Below, piece after piece: positions 52,457-64,000 of a stretch of 64,000 nucleotides of DNA (positions within the stretch are counted from its first letter, which is position 1; every line of letters starts with the position of its first letter). Source of the stretch: Laetmonice hystrix (Eukaryota). The DNA lies in contig OZ249436.1 of assembly GCA_965235115.1 (NCBI GenBank), forward strand, positions 7,380,001 to 7,444,000, in the 5' to 3' direction. The notes below the pieces were generated by a model. It was not told the origin of the DNA. It ran no database searches and saw only the letters and a list, made by a program, of their open reading frames with translations. Both the position numbers and the translations under genes were made by a program.

Positions 52457-52827
52457 AGCCCCAGTCACACAGGGCCTGCGACCAGGTTACGACCTAGCTG
52501 CGACCGAAAAATGTTGATATCACACGTAAATCATAGAAAGAGCGTGCAAAATCAGTCGCAGTCCAAATCCTAAGAGGTGGCAGGTCAAGCAGTCGCACGA
52601 TTGGCTTTGCCGCCTGACGATTGGTGGTGCCACCTGTCGTGTGACCTCACTATCATCTGCGCCCAGTAACAACCTGTCCCGACCTTACAATTGGTGGTCA
52701 CCACGATTGATCGTACGATGCGACCGCAAATGAAGATCGTAGCAAACTTTGCCGATTAGTCGTTCGTAGGCCAATTCGCCATCAATCGCACGATCGAGAA
52801 ATCGTACGATCTGGTGTGACTGAAGCT
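52457..52827. mobile_element. PIF/Harbinger (Tourist-like) MITE
   Basis: TIR AGCCCCAGTCACAC / GTGTGACTGAAGCT (2 mismatches) with a TAA TSD on both sides. The interior is rich in GCGAC/GTCGC/CGAT motifs. Confidence 0.85.
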
Positions 52828-52980
52828 TAAGACAACTGCTATTAGAGAACCAATGTCGTTTGGTTTAATGATACCAAGGCCTAAATTAAATGTTCTAATG
52901 TGATCATTCAGATTGAAAAACGGACATATATCCGGATATTGGGTACAAAATAATGTAACAATTTTTATCCCCAAGGATCA

Positions 52981-53088
52981 GGAGGGTGTTTCAATAAGCG
53001 TGACGGACAGTCCGTCTTGGTTGTAGAGCCTGCATGTTTTGGTCCATCGCCGGTCGGACGGTCCCACGCGCTTAGTGAAACATCCCCC
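52981..53088. mobile_element. Very short palindromic MITE
   Basis: GGAGGGTGTTTCAATAAGCG ... CGCTTAGTGAAACATCCCCC imperfect TIRs. TSD not clear. Confidence 0.7.
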
Positions 53089-55760
53089 TAATGTCAAGGA
53101 AAACAGTTAGTGGAGATAATGGGGTATGACTATATTGGTGTCAAGTTTAGAAAACCCTGTTATAACGCCTAACACGTTATAATTTCAAGAGTTGATGGGT
53201 CTCCTATAACAAAGTTGACTGTATAATGTTATATTTATGATGTAGGGCTCACAGTTATGTATGTGCATTACTAGGGGAAAGATCCCTAGTGTGAGTGACA
53301 TGGAGGACGAGGTGAAAAAGCCATAAGAAAAAGGTCATGAAAATGTAGGTCATCTGTCAAGGCCAGGACTGTTATCTAGTTTCAGCCAGTGTTTTACTCC
53401 TGTGCCCCAAGAGGCCACGTCCAATTAATTCATTATTCCTCCCTGGCATAAAAAAAAATTCTGCTTATAATAGGAGCGGCGGCAGGGACTGCGTAGGTGG
53501 CAGACACGTGTGGGTGACAACTCCAGGCCAAAGGTGATATGAGATTAGTTGGTACATTGATCACATGTGTGATCGGTGCTGACACAGCCCATCCCCCGAC
53601 AGGTGGGTAGCCGACACGGATCAAAGCTGGCATGCCGACTCTGTCTGTACCTGTACAGGGGAGGGGGACTATCTCCCGCCAGCTTTCCTTCTGAGAACAC
53701 CTTAGGCAGCACATAAAACGGCAACATCTGCTTAGGTTTGCACTGGGACTGATAAACAATGCAGGAGCAGCCCCATGGAAGTAACACCGTTAAAAAAACG
53801 GATACTTATCTTGTTTTGATTCCACCTAATCGTTATTTGGGTGTATCGCGAGCCTTAGAGCACTTCCTAGGTTAAAAACTGGTCCCTACTTGACAAAGTT
53901 CATCACAATTTTCCAGATGGTAAAACATTCCTATATACAGTATATAAATCTAGAATTCTAACACTCTATATAATGACTATCTACTGTGAACCGTTTCTTG
54001 AAAACAATCTGATAAAGCTTTAGCGGCCATCTTACAAGCCTTTCCTAAAGGGTAAGAGAAACCTTATTTCGATACAGTTGTTAAAGTCTTCACTTACTTA
54101 TTCTAAGGCTAATCTACGTTCCGTACCTTCTGAAATGGTAAGAAACCCTCACTGCGTAGGTAGCTATAAGTTTTTATAACACTGCATCCACGTCCCAGAG
54201 TATCTTTATAGTTTCACGATTCTCCTCACACCTGCAATCCTTTTTTTCATTGCCCCAGGGTACTGGAAGAACTGTTTATTGCTACACCACTTGAAATGTG
54301 GCATTTCTGCAGTCTCAACGCGTTTTCTTCATTGTGGTGAATAAGTAGGCGTGAAATGTTTGGGACAGACTAAGTATAGTTTTACACTTTAGTCAAGTTT
54401 ATTCTAAATATACCTTATTAGATTACTTTCAGCGCCAAATTCAAATGCTGAACCGATAATAATATATCGCTGTAAATAAAAAACAGAGGTGTGCAGGCAT
54501 GGATACGTTCGCTTCTGTTAACCTAATTAAACAAATCTGCCATCATGGATTATGGTTCCTTCAGTCGTATTCCCGAGAGACCACAAAAGGACGTCGAAGA
54601 GAGAGGGGGAGAGAGGGGGAGAGAGGGATATTATTTTTTGCGATATTGTAGGATGGACAGCATTATCGCTTCCTTATGCTGTACGGATGCACGTAAGCAA
54701 CCGCATAATTAATTCACCCTACCCGTGAAATGACAACACAAAAAAACAACTTATTCCATTAAAAACTTTATGCTACTTATCATCCGCAACTCAATAGGCG
54801 TTTCTCCAATAGCTAGCAATTCTCCAGAACCGTACACCACTCGTTCACAAAGTGCAAAATGCGTACCAAAACAGCAGACAGAAAATTTATGCGTAGTTTG
54901 ACGTTGGCATTCGCGAATAAATGTATGGCTTGCTGGGATACAGATTTGAGTGACATTTTGATTTATATAAGGTCTCCCATTACATGTGTGCTGTATAAAT
55001 GTATACCTTTCTGTATAAAAAATACAACTGAACAACAAAGCAGCAAAAGTATTCATTAAAAAAGTTAGCTCATGCATTCAACCTTTTTACACCAAGCTGC
55101 CACTGTAGTCCGCTGATAAGGTCACAGGAACGCGTTAAGAACCACTTTACAATAATGAGACACCGAACTGTACTGGTGAAAATGTTACAGCGTTCCCTTA
55201 GAATGATGGAATCTGAAGCCAACATGACGCCATACATTATACCTGTAGATCTATCATTTATTGCGGTGTCCCAAATGACGGCGTATCTTGTCGTGTGACC
55301 TTGCTACCATACACATTGCCCTTGACTCGTTTCTCCCAGATTCTTACAGTGAACGTGCACGCCTGGGCTCGGCATGCAAAGAAATCTGTGTGCCAATGGT
55401 CTGAGGACCCTATACTTAGCAAAGTATAGGTTGTTTCAAAATAAACCTCCTCTGATTACTCTCATTTTCCTTCTTGATTTAGACCCCCAATTACTACCCT
55501 TATCAATAACAGATGTCCTGGTCGTCTTCAGTCTGCCCTTGTCAAAGTTAGTCAGCGGCACAGCGAGTCCAAAAGAAAACAGTCGTTGAGCTGCAGCAAT
55601 GGCCATTTATGTCGGCTTCAAGGTTTGAGAGTTGAATGACGGCTGCCCTGTCAACGGGAAAGTAATCAAATAGTTCCACAAGGTCAGATGTTGCACAGGG
55701 TCAGATGTGCCAACCAACTGGGGAAAAGGGGGAGGGGGTCGGTGGTAGAGCAGGCTTAGG

Positions 55761-55915
55761 CCCCGCCTCCCGACTGGGTTATCAAAGGCCGGGTGTGTGT
55801 TGCACGTAAAAAGTCCCTTTGAAACTCATCGAAATGAGTAGGGCGTTGCCCCGGTGTGCGGGTTTCTTCCTCACCTCATCATCATCACCGGACTCAATAC
55901 ATGATTAACCGGTCT
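55761..55915 (+). mobile_element. SINE fragment with Deu/Nin-like core domain
   Basis: GCACGTAAAAAGTCCCTTTGAAACTCATCGAAATGAGTAGGGCGTTGCCCCGGTGTGCGGGTTTCTTCC (55802-55870) is homologous to 37609-37673. No intact tRNA head was seen, and the outer boundaries are approximate. Confidence 0.65.
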
Positions 55916-57798
55916 GATATGAAGACCAGAGGTTCACTTCAGCTTGAACTGGGTATCCTGCTTGGATACACACTGGACATTCTCGTAAGCAGCAGCAAAG
56001 ATATTCGGCTCTCATTGGTGACCAGATAGTGTATCCACGTAAAGATTCCTCGGCAAAAACTACTCCCTCAAATTAACCGAACTAACTTTAGGGGGAGGGG
56101 CTAAAGTCGGGTATAGGTAGTGAACCGAAACAGTCGGTAGTCTTCGGAACAAGCTTCTTACATGAAAGCGGAATGACAGATGAAATATATGAAAGCAGCA
56201 TTACCGATGTACCAGATGACTAAATTACCACTATATCATATATAATCAAAGCGACTTGCATGAGCCTTAGAACTGTGGTCATGGATACCGCATAACGTTT
56301 AGATTTTCAGCCTGAAGACCCTGAAATCTGCATCATAATCAGGAGATCACTAGAAACTCCCCAGAAAAGGTTAGCTTTACTGAAGATGGAGTTCAGGCAA
56401 AGTTGTTTCCAGCTCCTTGTGGGGTTTACTAATTCGTACCTATGTGTTTATAGTTAACACGTCTGTGGGACCTGTCAGTACCTCAAAAAAACCTTTACGG
56501 TCGCCTTGCTGACATATTGAGGTTTAGCTACCATTTACCTGTGAACTGACGCAAGATACCAGCAGGCCTGAAAGTCGTTTGTTTCCATTAGCGTGCTAAC
56601 TACTGTCTCTTGCCATCTTTGAAGGCGACACCTGCTGGGCAGATGCTGAACCGACCCAAAGCTTGTTTTCGTCCATTTCTTTCACACGTGCCACTCATCT
56701 CGTTACCGAGTTCTTTTGGCATTAACTCCTCAAGAGAAAACGGGCTGAAACAATGGTCTAAGACATAGATCGTTCTGATTTGAAGAGGGCATTGAAGTAG
56801 CTGACAGGTTGGGGCATTTAGTAGCCTGTACTAGGAGAGTGATGGCGATTCGTATCTCTGAAACAGACAGGACGTAACCAGCCCAAACTCGGCTCCATTA
56901 CCTCCCAGTAGGGCAGTGTAAGAAAGCGACGTCGCTTGCAATGTGAGCCCACAGCGTGCGGAACAGGCGGGAAGACGTCACCGGCCAAGGAGGCCTGCCT
57001 CATCTCCTTACCTTCTCCCTGATCCTCCACCTTGGTGGCAACACGCCTGAGTTCGTAATCTGACACATGTCATCCATTAAACACTTGACAACGCCATGGA
57101 CGTTTGACTTGTGTTCTTAACTAAGGTATTGCATACAGGGTTGATGCTTTAGTTTTCTATGCGCATTCACTAATAAGCAGATGGGGAACTAATCGTTAGC
57201 TGCCGTTGTAGTAACAGAAATTCATCCTTCAAATTAATCATGAAATATTGAACAACAAAACGTAACCAACAAAAATACGGCAACTATTTGCTTGCTCCCA
57301 CGGCAGCATGGACTTTCGGTGCCGTTAGGTTTAAGTGCTACGTTAGCGGGAATATTTTCAGGAGACATAACAGAAAACGGTGACCTTGACTTTAAGGTCA
57401 TGAAAGTGGTGTTTGTGAACAACAACTCGCATGAGATATATCTTGTCTGTTCTGTCCTTCACTCCGGCGTACAGCCGAACTTGTCACCGTACCTACCCCA
57501 GCCCTGTCTCTCTTATCGTCTATGCTTGTAAATTATTGCAATTTTCTTGCGTGCAATCAACAACCACCTATCAGAATGAAAGATTAGGTGTTACCAGGTG
57601 AGTACTAGAAGACCGCGCCTGAAGGGAGAGCGAGGGTATGTTGTGCATGCCGTCCTGTGCACCCCTTCTGTTCAGGAAACGTGTGCATTAAGTTTATATG
57701 CTCGACCCCTCTCACACCTAACAACATTTCTGACTCGATATCTATGTATTATAAATGTTATAAGTTTACGTTATTCAGTCACAGAATACTCCGTGATT

Positions 57799-58084
57799 CA
57801 GGGGCGTATCCAGGAGGGGTTCCGAGTATCCCCCCCCCCACCCGTTGAAAAAAAAACTATATGAAGGGCATTTTCTTTTGTAACACAAAGTGTCACAAGA
57901 GTGTAAAAGGGGCATTATTTTAACCAAAGAAAATCTTCATATTTCCACGAAGTATTCCAGAGATTGCAATATTTGATGTTTTTTTCACTTTCCCAGAGGA
58001 GCACGGCCTATGGCCATCTCTGAAGTACCTAAACTTCGGCCACCCCCCCCCCCCCCTCCCAACCAATTTCTGGATACGCCACTG
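57799..58084. mobile_element. MITE, CAG termini, degenerate 5-bp TSD
   Basis: TIR CAGGGGCGTATCCAG / CTGGATACGCCACTG (1 mismatch). Flanks TGATT / TCATT. Poly-C runs inside both ends, as in the 14436 element. Confidence 0.85.
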
Positions 58085-58141
58085 TCATTAACCGAACCCC
58101 TAAACAGTACCACAATGAGCATGATACGGTGGTTCTCATTC

Positions 58142-58323
58142 CTGGGCCCGGTTTTAGTTCGTCATTTTTCCAATCTTAAGACTGGAATTTTAAGACTGAC
58201 TTATGTTATCGTCTCTCATTGGCTGACTTCATTTGAAGGACCAATCAGAAGCTCTGAAACAAGAGTTCAGTCTTAAGATTTGAATCTTAAGACTCGGTTT
58301 GCAAACTAAAAACCAGGGCCAGG
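58142..58323. mobile_element. Palindromic MITE (possibly Harbinger-related)
   Basis: GGCCCGGTTTTAGTT ... AACTAAAAACCAGGGCC ends, inverted internal TCTTAAGACT motifs, and a central ATTGG/CCAAT inverted pair. Confidence 0.7.
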
Positions 58324-60054
58324 TATTCATGTGAATACCATTGGGGCTGTAAATGGTAGAGGAAACCGTTTTCTCGGCAGGCGATCGGCGACATGTACAC
58401 ATGATCTTGACATCTACATCTTAGATATCCCTGAACCTGCTGTGGATGGAATACAAAAAATCACCTGAGTAAAAACTACACAACACCTGGCAAAAACGGT
58501 GGCAGTTGCCTTATCACATTGTTTCAGACAGGTGAGTGCATCTTCGTTAACACTAATTGGCATGCGGGTACATTACACCAAGGAAATCAAGTTTAACCTG
58601 TGGCGTGCAAGCCCTGGCGGCCTTGTCATCACCAGAACACTTTACCGTAATCCCATATAGGTATAACAAATTTTTCTTTTTATCAATAACAGATAAAAAG
58701 TCCCATATTACAGCCTAAGTGATTACAGCCTGTTACCTGATCAGTAACGCTAATGGGACCTTCTACATTCAAAGAGCTTTTCCTTGTGCTTATGCTTAGA
58801 ATAAGAATTCAGAAACTTATATATACTCAGGTTATATAATGCATGTAATTTTTTTTAACATGGACGTGTGGCAATCTTGATATTATTATCATACAAAATG
58901 ACTACGGTACTTGGTAATGGTCTTCCCAGGTATAATAAGCATACATCTTGATAATGTAGCGATAAGTGGCTGTCTAGTTGGTAAACTACCTGGAACACAG
59001 CAGGAGGTGTGCTCTTGTATTGGTATCTGTCCCTGTAATCTTATATCCTACTTAAAAAAGGTGTTCTTGTATTCTCACAGCTATCACTCACACTTACAAG
59101 TTGGCATTCCGTCAAAGAATGTCCATACAGTTGTTCAGCCACACTAATGAGCACAAACTTGACAAGGTCTCTTCACGAGCAAAAATGTCTGGGAAAACCA
59201 CGTTATTTTTCACCGAGCATTTAAATTACTTTACTTTATATCAATAATTGCACTTTGGGAGGAACTCTGTTTCCCATAGATTACATCTTACAGACCACAG
59301 GGAATAGCTAACCATTACTAAGTTTCAGACTCTGAATTAGGACCGTCCATACTTTTTAGCATAGCAAAGCATCTGTTGGTGAAATAATGGCCAATTCAGT
59401 TAATTAAGAGCTTCGTTTTAATCTATACTTCCAATTAACGTTTTGTCTATGTGGACGAGGCTTATCATCCGTCAGTTGCCGATGGCAAAAACAAAATTAC
59501 CGGTTTGTGAGTGAATGAAGTGGCTTCGCTGCATGCAGTTAGTAATGCCCTTAAAAACTTCCAGTCTGTGCAATAATAGTTCGAAAAACAGCCTATGAAA
59601 TCTAGAATTTCATGTACAAAATATTCCATCTTTTACAAAAAGAATAATAGGATGAAAGAAAAACAATGACAAAAAAAGAAAGAAAGTGCAACTTTTTAAA
59701 CATTACCTGTAGGAACAGGAAGTTTGGCAGGATAAATCTCTAGACACATCAGCCCTGTCACTCACCTGTAATAAGAAAAGTGGAAACAGATAAGAATCAC
59801 ACCAAAGTCAGTGAAAATAAATGGCAATCTCCCGACTGTTTACACAAAAATGATTTATGTACAAGTCTCTGGTAACACGTGCGACATTTTTGCAATTTTT
59901 AATAGCAGCAAACTTGTCAAAGCTCATCCTAATAAAGACCTTCAACAGATTCCAATATGAACAAACTGCCATGTGAAGGTGTATACCCAAGATAAAGCTG
60001 CACGAAGATATGGTAAATTCAATTGAAAGCCCAGATTAGCTGATGTTTCCAATA

Positions 60055-60229
60055 CAGGGTGTATCAAAAAAACTATACTCAGAAAAATGAATTTACGCAA
60101 TTTTAACAAGGTTTACGAAACTGGCCCCTGTTTACAGGCATAACATGCTGTATATGATCATGTTTAATAAAAAAAAGCGTGATACCTTCATCATTTTTTG
60201 ACTGTATACTTTTCTTTTTATACACCCCG
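60055..60229. mobile_element. Tc1/mariner-type MITE with TA TSD
   Basis: TA|CAGGGTGTATCAAAAAAACTATAC ... GTATACTTTTCTTTTTATACACCCCG|TA. Confidence 0.8.
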
Positions 60230-61433
60230 TATATTCCAAGGACATTGTCAAAGTCAACAAGACTATTCACCCACTTGACAGGCCTGGTGCTTTACGCCTC
60301 CAGGGGGCAGGGTGATAGCCATTTACCAAACCCCTTCCCTACCTCCCATTTCTCCCACCCAATGGCACGGTCGAGGCGTGGCAGCGGATGCCCTGCTGTT
60401 CTATGCGAGCCTATCTGTTGTGTGGTCTGTGTGTGTCAGGTGTGAACGACAGCCAGCTCGCTGTGACATTTCAATCTACCCAGACACCAGTACATTGGTG
60501 GTCACCTCCTGTGAAACTCTTGTTAACTCGTGATAAACCAGACGCTCCGGCAATTACGCCTCACGCCCGACACACGGCCGGAGGTCTCCACGCGAATTAT
60601 GTGACACGATGGTCGACCACCTCGAGAAGAAATTTGATCTGTTGTTTTCAGACGGTGTTTTCTCCACTACATGATGTGAGAGGATTATCTTAATGCTCAT
60701 AAGTAGCCAGCTGGGAGGGACTTGTCATGGCTTAAATGTCAGGTGTCATTTCCAATTATGGCCACCTGACGACACGTGATTCATCACCGGGGTGTTTTAT
60801 TTAGGTATCATAAACTAGAACCCAGAGCCTAACTCACCTGGTTGCGCAATCTCACTCCGAAATTATCACATTTCATCTCGATAACAGAATGCCCTTTTGA
60901 ATCCACCGCACACGCAAAATGTAGAATGAGTTTTTTCATGTGCCACAACCAGAAAGTGAACTCGAAAAGAACTGATATAATACACGACAATAATTATGGA
61001 ACAATAATTTTTTATTGACCTGTTTATATTGCATTTATAAAGGAAAATTTAGTCTTTAAGAAATACAATATTATTTAAGTGAACCAACAGGCTCCTGACT
61101 GGATGGCCTCAGCAGACCAGCCTCATTGTTTACTGAAATAAGCTTTACTCAAGTTGATAATATTTAAAAAACTGGGCCCAGGTGATAGATGGCAAAAAAA
61201 AAGTAAACAACACTAAATGTACGATCACCTAAAAATACGCACATCACTTTTACGGTACTCGGGACACAGATTACCTGGAGTCTCCACCTCCTGTCCTGGT
61301 TGGCGGATAACATCACGTGTCAGACTGACAAAATGTAATCCTTCTTTCTGAAAGGCCCTTCAATTTATCATTGAAGATCAAAGCAAATGTTACTCAGAAC
61401 GCCAGTTAGCCAGAACTTGAACACACTTCTCTC

Positions 61434-61608
61434 TAAATAAGGCTGGTACAGTAAAATGAAGGTAAATATGGCTGGTACAGTAAAATGAAGGTAAATATGG
61501 CTGGTACAGTAAAATGAAGGTAAATATGGCTGGTACAGTAAAATGAAGGTAAATATGGCTGGTACAGTAAAATGAAGGTAAATATGGCTGGTACAGTAAA
61601 ATGAAGGT
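61434..61608. repeat. 29-bp minisatellite, about 6 copies
   Basis: GGCTGGTACAGTAAAATGAAGGTAAATAT repeated from 61441 with period 29. Confidence 0.97.
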
Positions 61609-62346
61609 TGCGTCGTATTGACTTGTCCAGTTAACATAAGGCACGCGCAGTGATGGCCTTTTCAATGGACCGCGGTAGGCAATCATGTAGACGCAGCAAG
61701 ACACGCGGTAGGCGCCAGACCCTCGGGAACACATACATCCATCCTGTGACCACGTTACCAATGGCAGGACCATGTCGCTGAAACCAAACGGTTCCTGTAC
61801 TCTGTATCCACTCACTGACAACATCTTCATCATTCCTGCAGTCACAACGACAGCTAACAGCCACGACGGCCTGTCTGAACGCCGCACCGCATGGCCTTCT
61901 CTACCAGCAGCAATAGCAGGCGTGCCCCCCAGCCAATGATATGACGTCCTCTCACTCCAACCATGACTTTTTGTTTACTCGCATATATATTGGAGTATCA
62001 TTACAGGAAATCTCCCTGTATTTTCATACCCTTAGCACATCAACTTTAGTTAAGCTATTGATTAAAGTAATTCCTTCTCATCAAGTGAAGTGCGTTGTCA
62101 CTATTGTAGACAAAGGTAGTTCTGTGCAGTTTTTCCAGAAGCAAAACCTAAGCAGACAAAAAATACAGGGGCTTCTAACTTTCCTAGGAGGTTTGTTTAA
62201 TTCTTCTTCCCCGTTTATGAAGCAGACTTCTGGTTTACGTGTTTTGGGTACTTATTCTCTAGCCTAATGATTTTTAAAAGACACCATAAGTTTGGATGGA
62301 TAAAATTATCCCAACCAGTCAGCTCTTGTGGTCAGAAAGGAAATGC

Positions 62347-62364
62347 TTCTAGGAATTCCTAGAA
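62347..62364. promoter_or_regulatory. Perfect 18-bp palindrome of two abutting STAT/BCL6-type sites
   Basis: TTCTAGGAATTCCTAGAA is two TTCnnnGAA motifs. Function is not shown. Confidence 0.3.
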
Positions 62365-64000
62365 TACAATATAGTCTATCCGAGATGAGTGATTAGTAAA
62401 GATTTTCTTACAGACAGGATATTCGGCTTCATGACCTTTTTCTTAAATTGGCCGTTTCAATCCAAGTACACCGGAAGTCGCCTTGTGGAACTAGGTCTCC
62501 ATCCAGTCTGTGAAATGTCAGCCGACCGATCACAGCTCACCTACAGAACGCCTGACACTGATTAGCATGCCTCCCCCCCTCACAATCTCCTGGTCCGAGA
62601 CTAGGGGAGGGGGCATTGCACACTGCCACTGGCATTCCGAAACCAATCCCATGTACGCCACCCTACCAGGGCCGTTGTAATTCCAATCTCAACTTTTCCA
62701 AACTGGTGAGCCTACCGATGCTACGGTCTCAACAGACTTTATACTTACTGGAACTCGATAAAATATTGTAGAACAAAGAATAGAGGAGACCACCAAACTC
62801 GTATGACCTGGTACGTATTTGCAAATGCTTTAAAAACGGCAATATAAAACATAAAGGTACTAATATAAACTGATGTAAATTTAAACTTGCATTTTAACGT
62901 AATACAGATAAATTCCTAAAATATGTTTTGCATTATATATGCGTGACGCGAAAATGAAATAGATAAGTGTATATCTGTTATTTTAACTTTTTTTCTACTC
63001 TCAGCCGAGTTGTTCTTTCAGAGTGTGTGTTCCAGCAGTCATCAGTTGCTCTCCATTTCCTGCCAGAGTTACAGCCTTACGATCATGTTGGTGTCTCAAA
63101 TGCCCAGCAGGAGGCCATAAAGACCAGGTTCCAATGGGTGCATGTAAATAAACCTATACGAATTAACCTCTTTATCAAACCGTTATCACAAACAGGTGTA
63201 CAATACCATAAATAAGTGCTTTCACTGCCGAACCAATCTCGCCCTGATTTAAAGCCTGGACGTTTTCTTTAAAACTTTTCTCTGGAATATAAAAAGAAAT
63301 GCAATAAATCTTCATAACTACCGTTTATGCTTTCAGGTGTTAAACTCCCTACATTTGAAATTTTCAAGACAGATTTGAATGCATAGAGACATGGGCGCCG
63401 TCAGCAATTTACTTGCGGGGGAAAAAAAGGTTCTGTAGCCGTCCGACCGTTGGTCCGACTGACCACAGAAACCGCGATGTGGTAAAAGTTTCCTATCGAT
63501 GGTCAGGAAGTGGTGAGGGTGACGTGCGAGGGTAGGTCTACAATCTGAGTTCTGGAAGCGGTCACCAACCACGCCCTTGACCACACCTCAGTCATCCAGC
63601 CCTTAACTGTTTCCACCCTGCGCTCACCCTCCGTGACCCCTGGGGGGTAACATTACCCTCATCAACCTGTCCGAAATAAAACCCTGCCGTTTTTCACCGA
63701 TAAACGTAGTCTAAACTAGTAATATTATCCGAAACCTTACCTCTCTCAAATCACAAAGCAAAAATCAGGCGATTGTTTCTTTGCTTTTTGGGTAGGCCTT
63801 ATAATTAACAATTACCACAACCAAAAGGACGTATCAATACATTTAGGCAAGCTAACGCCCGCTGGCTTCATTAGACTTGACCTGTCGAAACCCACCACAT
63901 CACACTTCACCATGAACGGAATTGATCTCCTGACCCCAGGATTCGACTGCAACAGCCGTTCACCCTTCCTTGACCCATCTTCACTTCACCCTGACCCCTG

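Noticed and set aside
53150..53225. Single pogo/Tigger-like end (AAAGTTGACTGTA); similar lone end TACAGTAAATCTCG near 41824
   Set aside because: No matching opposite terminus was found, so element boundaries cannot be supported.
61637..61658. TAAGGCACGCGCAGTGATGGCC resembles miR-124 (first 11 nt identical)
   Set aside because: The 3' half diverges and the upstream sequence offers no complementary arm for a precursor hairpin.
61368..61887. ORFs with repeated hydrophobic segments
   Set aside because: They arise from the 29-bp minisatellite and have no other coding support.

Overview
Eukaryotic (animal) genomic DNA, most consistent with a marine invertebrate bilaterian. The evidence is GT-AG splice signals, Deu/Nin-type SINE fragments, a DINE-1/HINE-type non-autonomous Helentron and many MITEs. 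Almost all ORF-track entries look like chance ORFs. The only convincing gene signal is the 5' end of a large minus-strand gene whose body probably lies left of position 1. It has a GC-rich promoter-like region (about 18780-19480) and a long first exon (about 18780 to a strong phase-1 donor at 17579). A second 483-nt candidate exon (2070-1588) ends in a 49-nt, phase-1, signal-peptide-like start (MVNVSGPLLAGVLTAI). I could not identify the gene. The most unusual signal is its leader: one reading frame runs 18743-17579 with a single UGA-C stop, about 240 Met-free codons carrying NLS-like motifs precede a strong-context AUG, and a cluster of upstream AUGs sits at the stop. This suggests non-AUG initiation, readthrough or reinitiation, with alternative N-termini. 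The remaining ~45 kb is gene-desert-like, with scattered GC/CpG-rich islands, minisatellites and non-autonomous DNA transposons. No rRNA, tRNA, CRISPR array or autonomous transposase was seen. All analysis was by eye, with no database searches.
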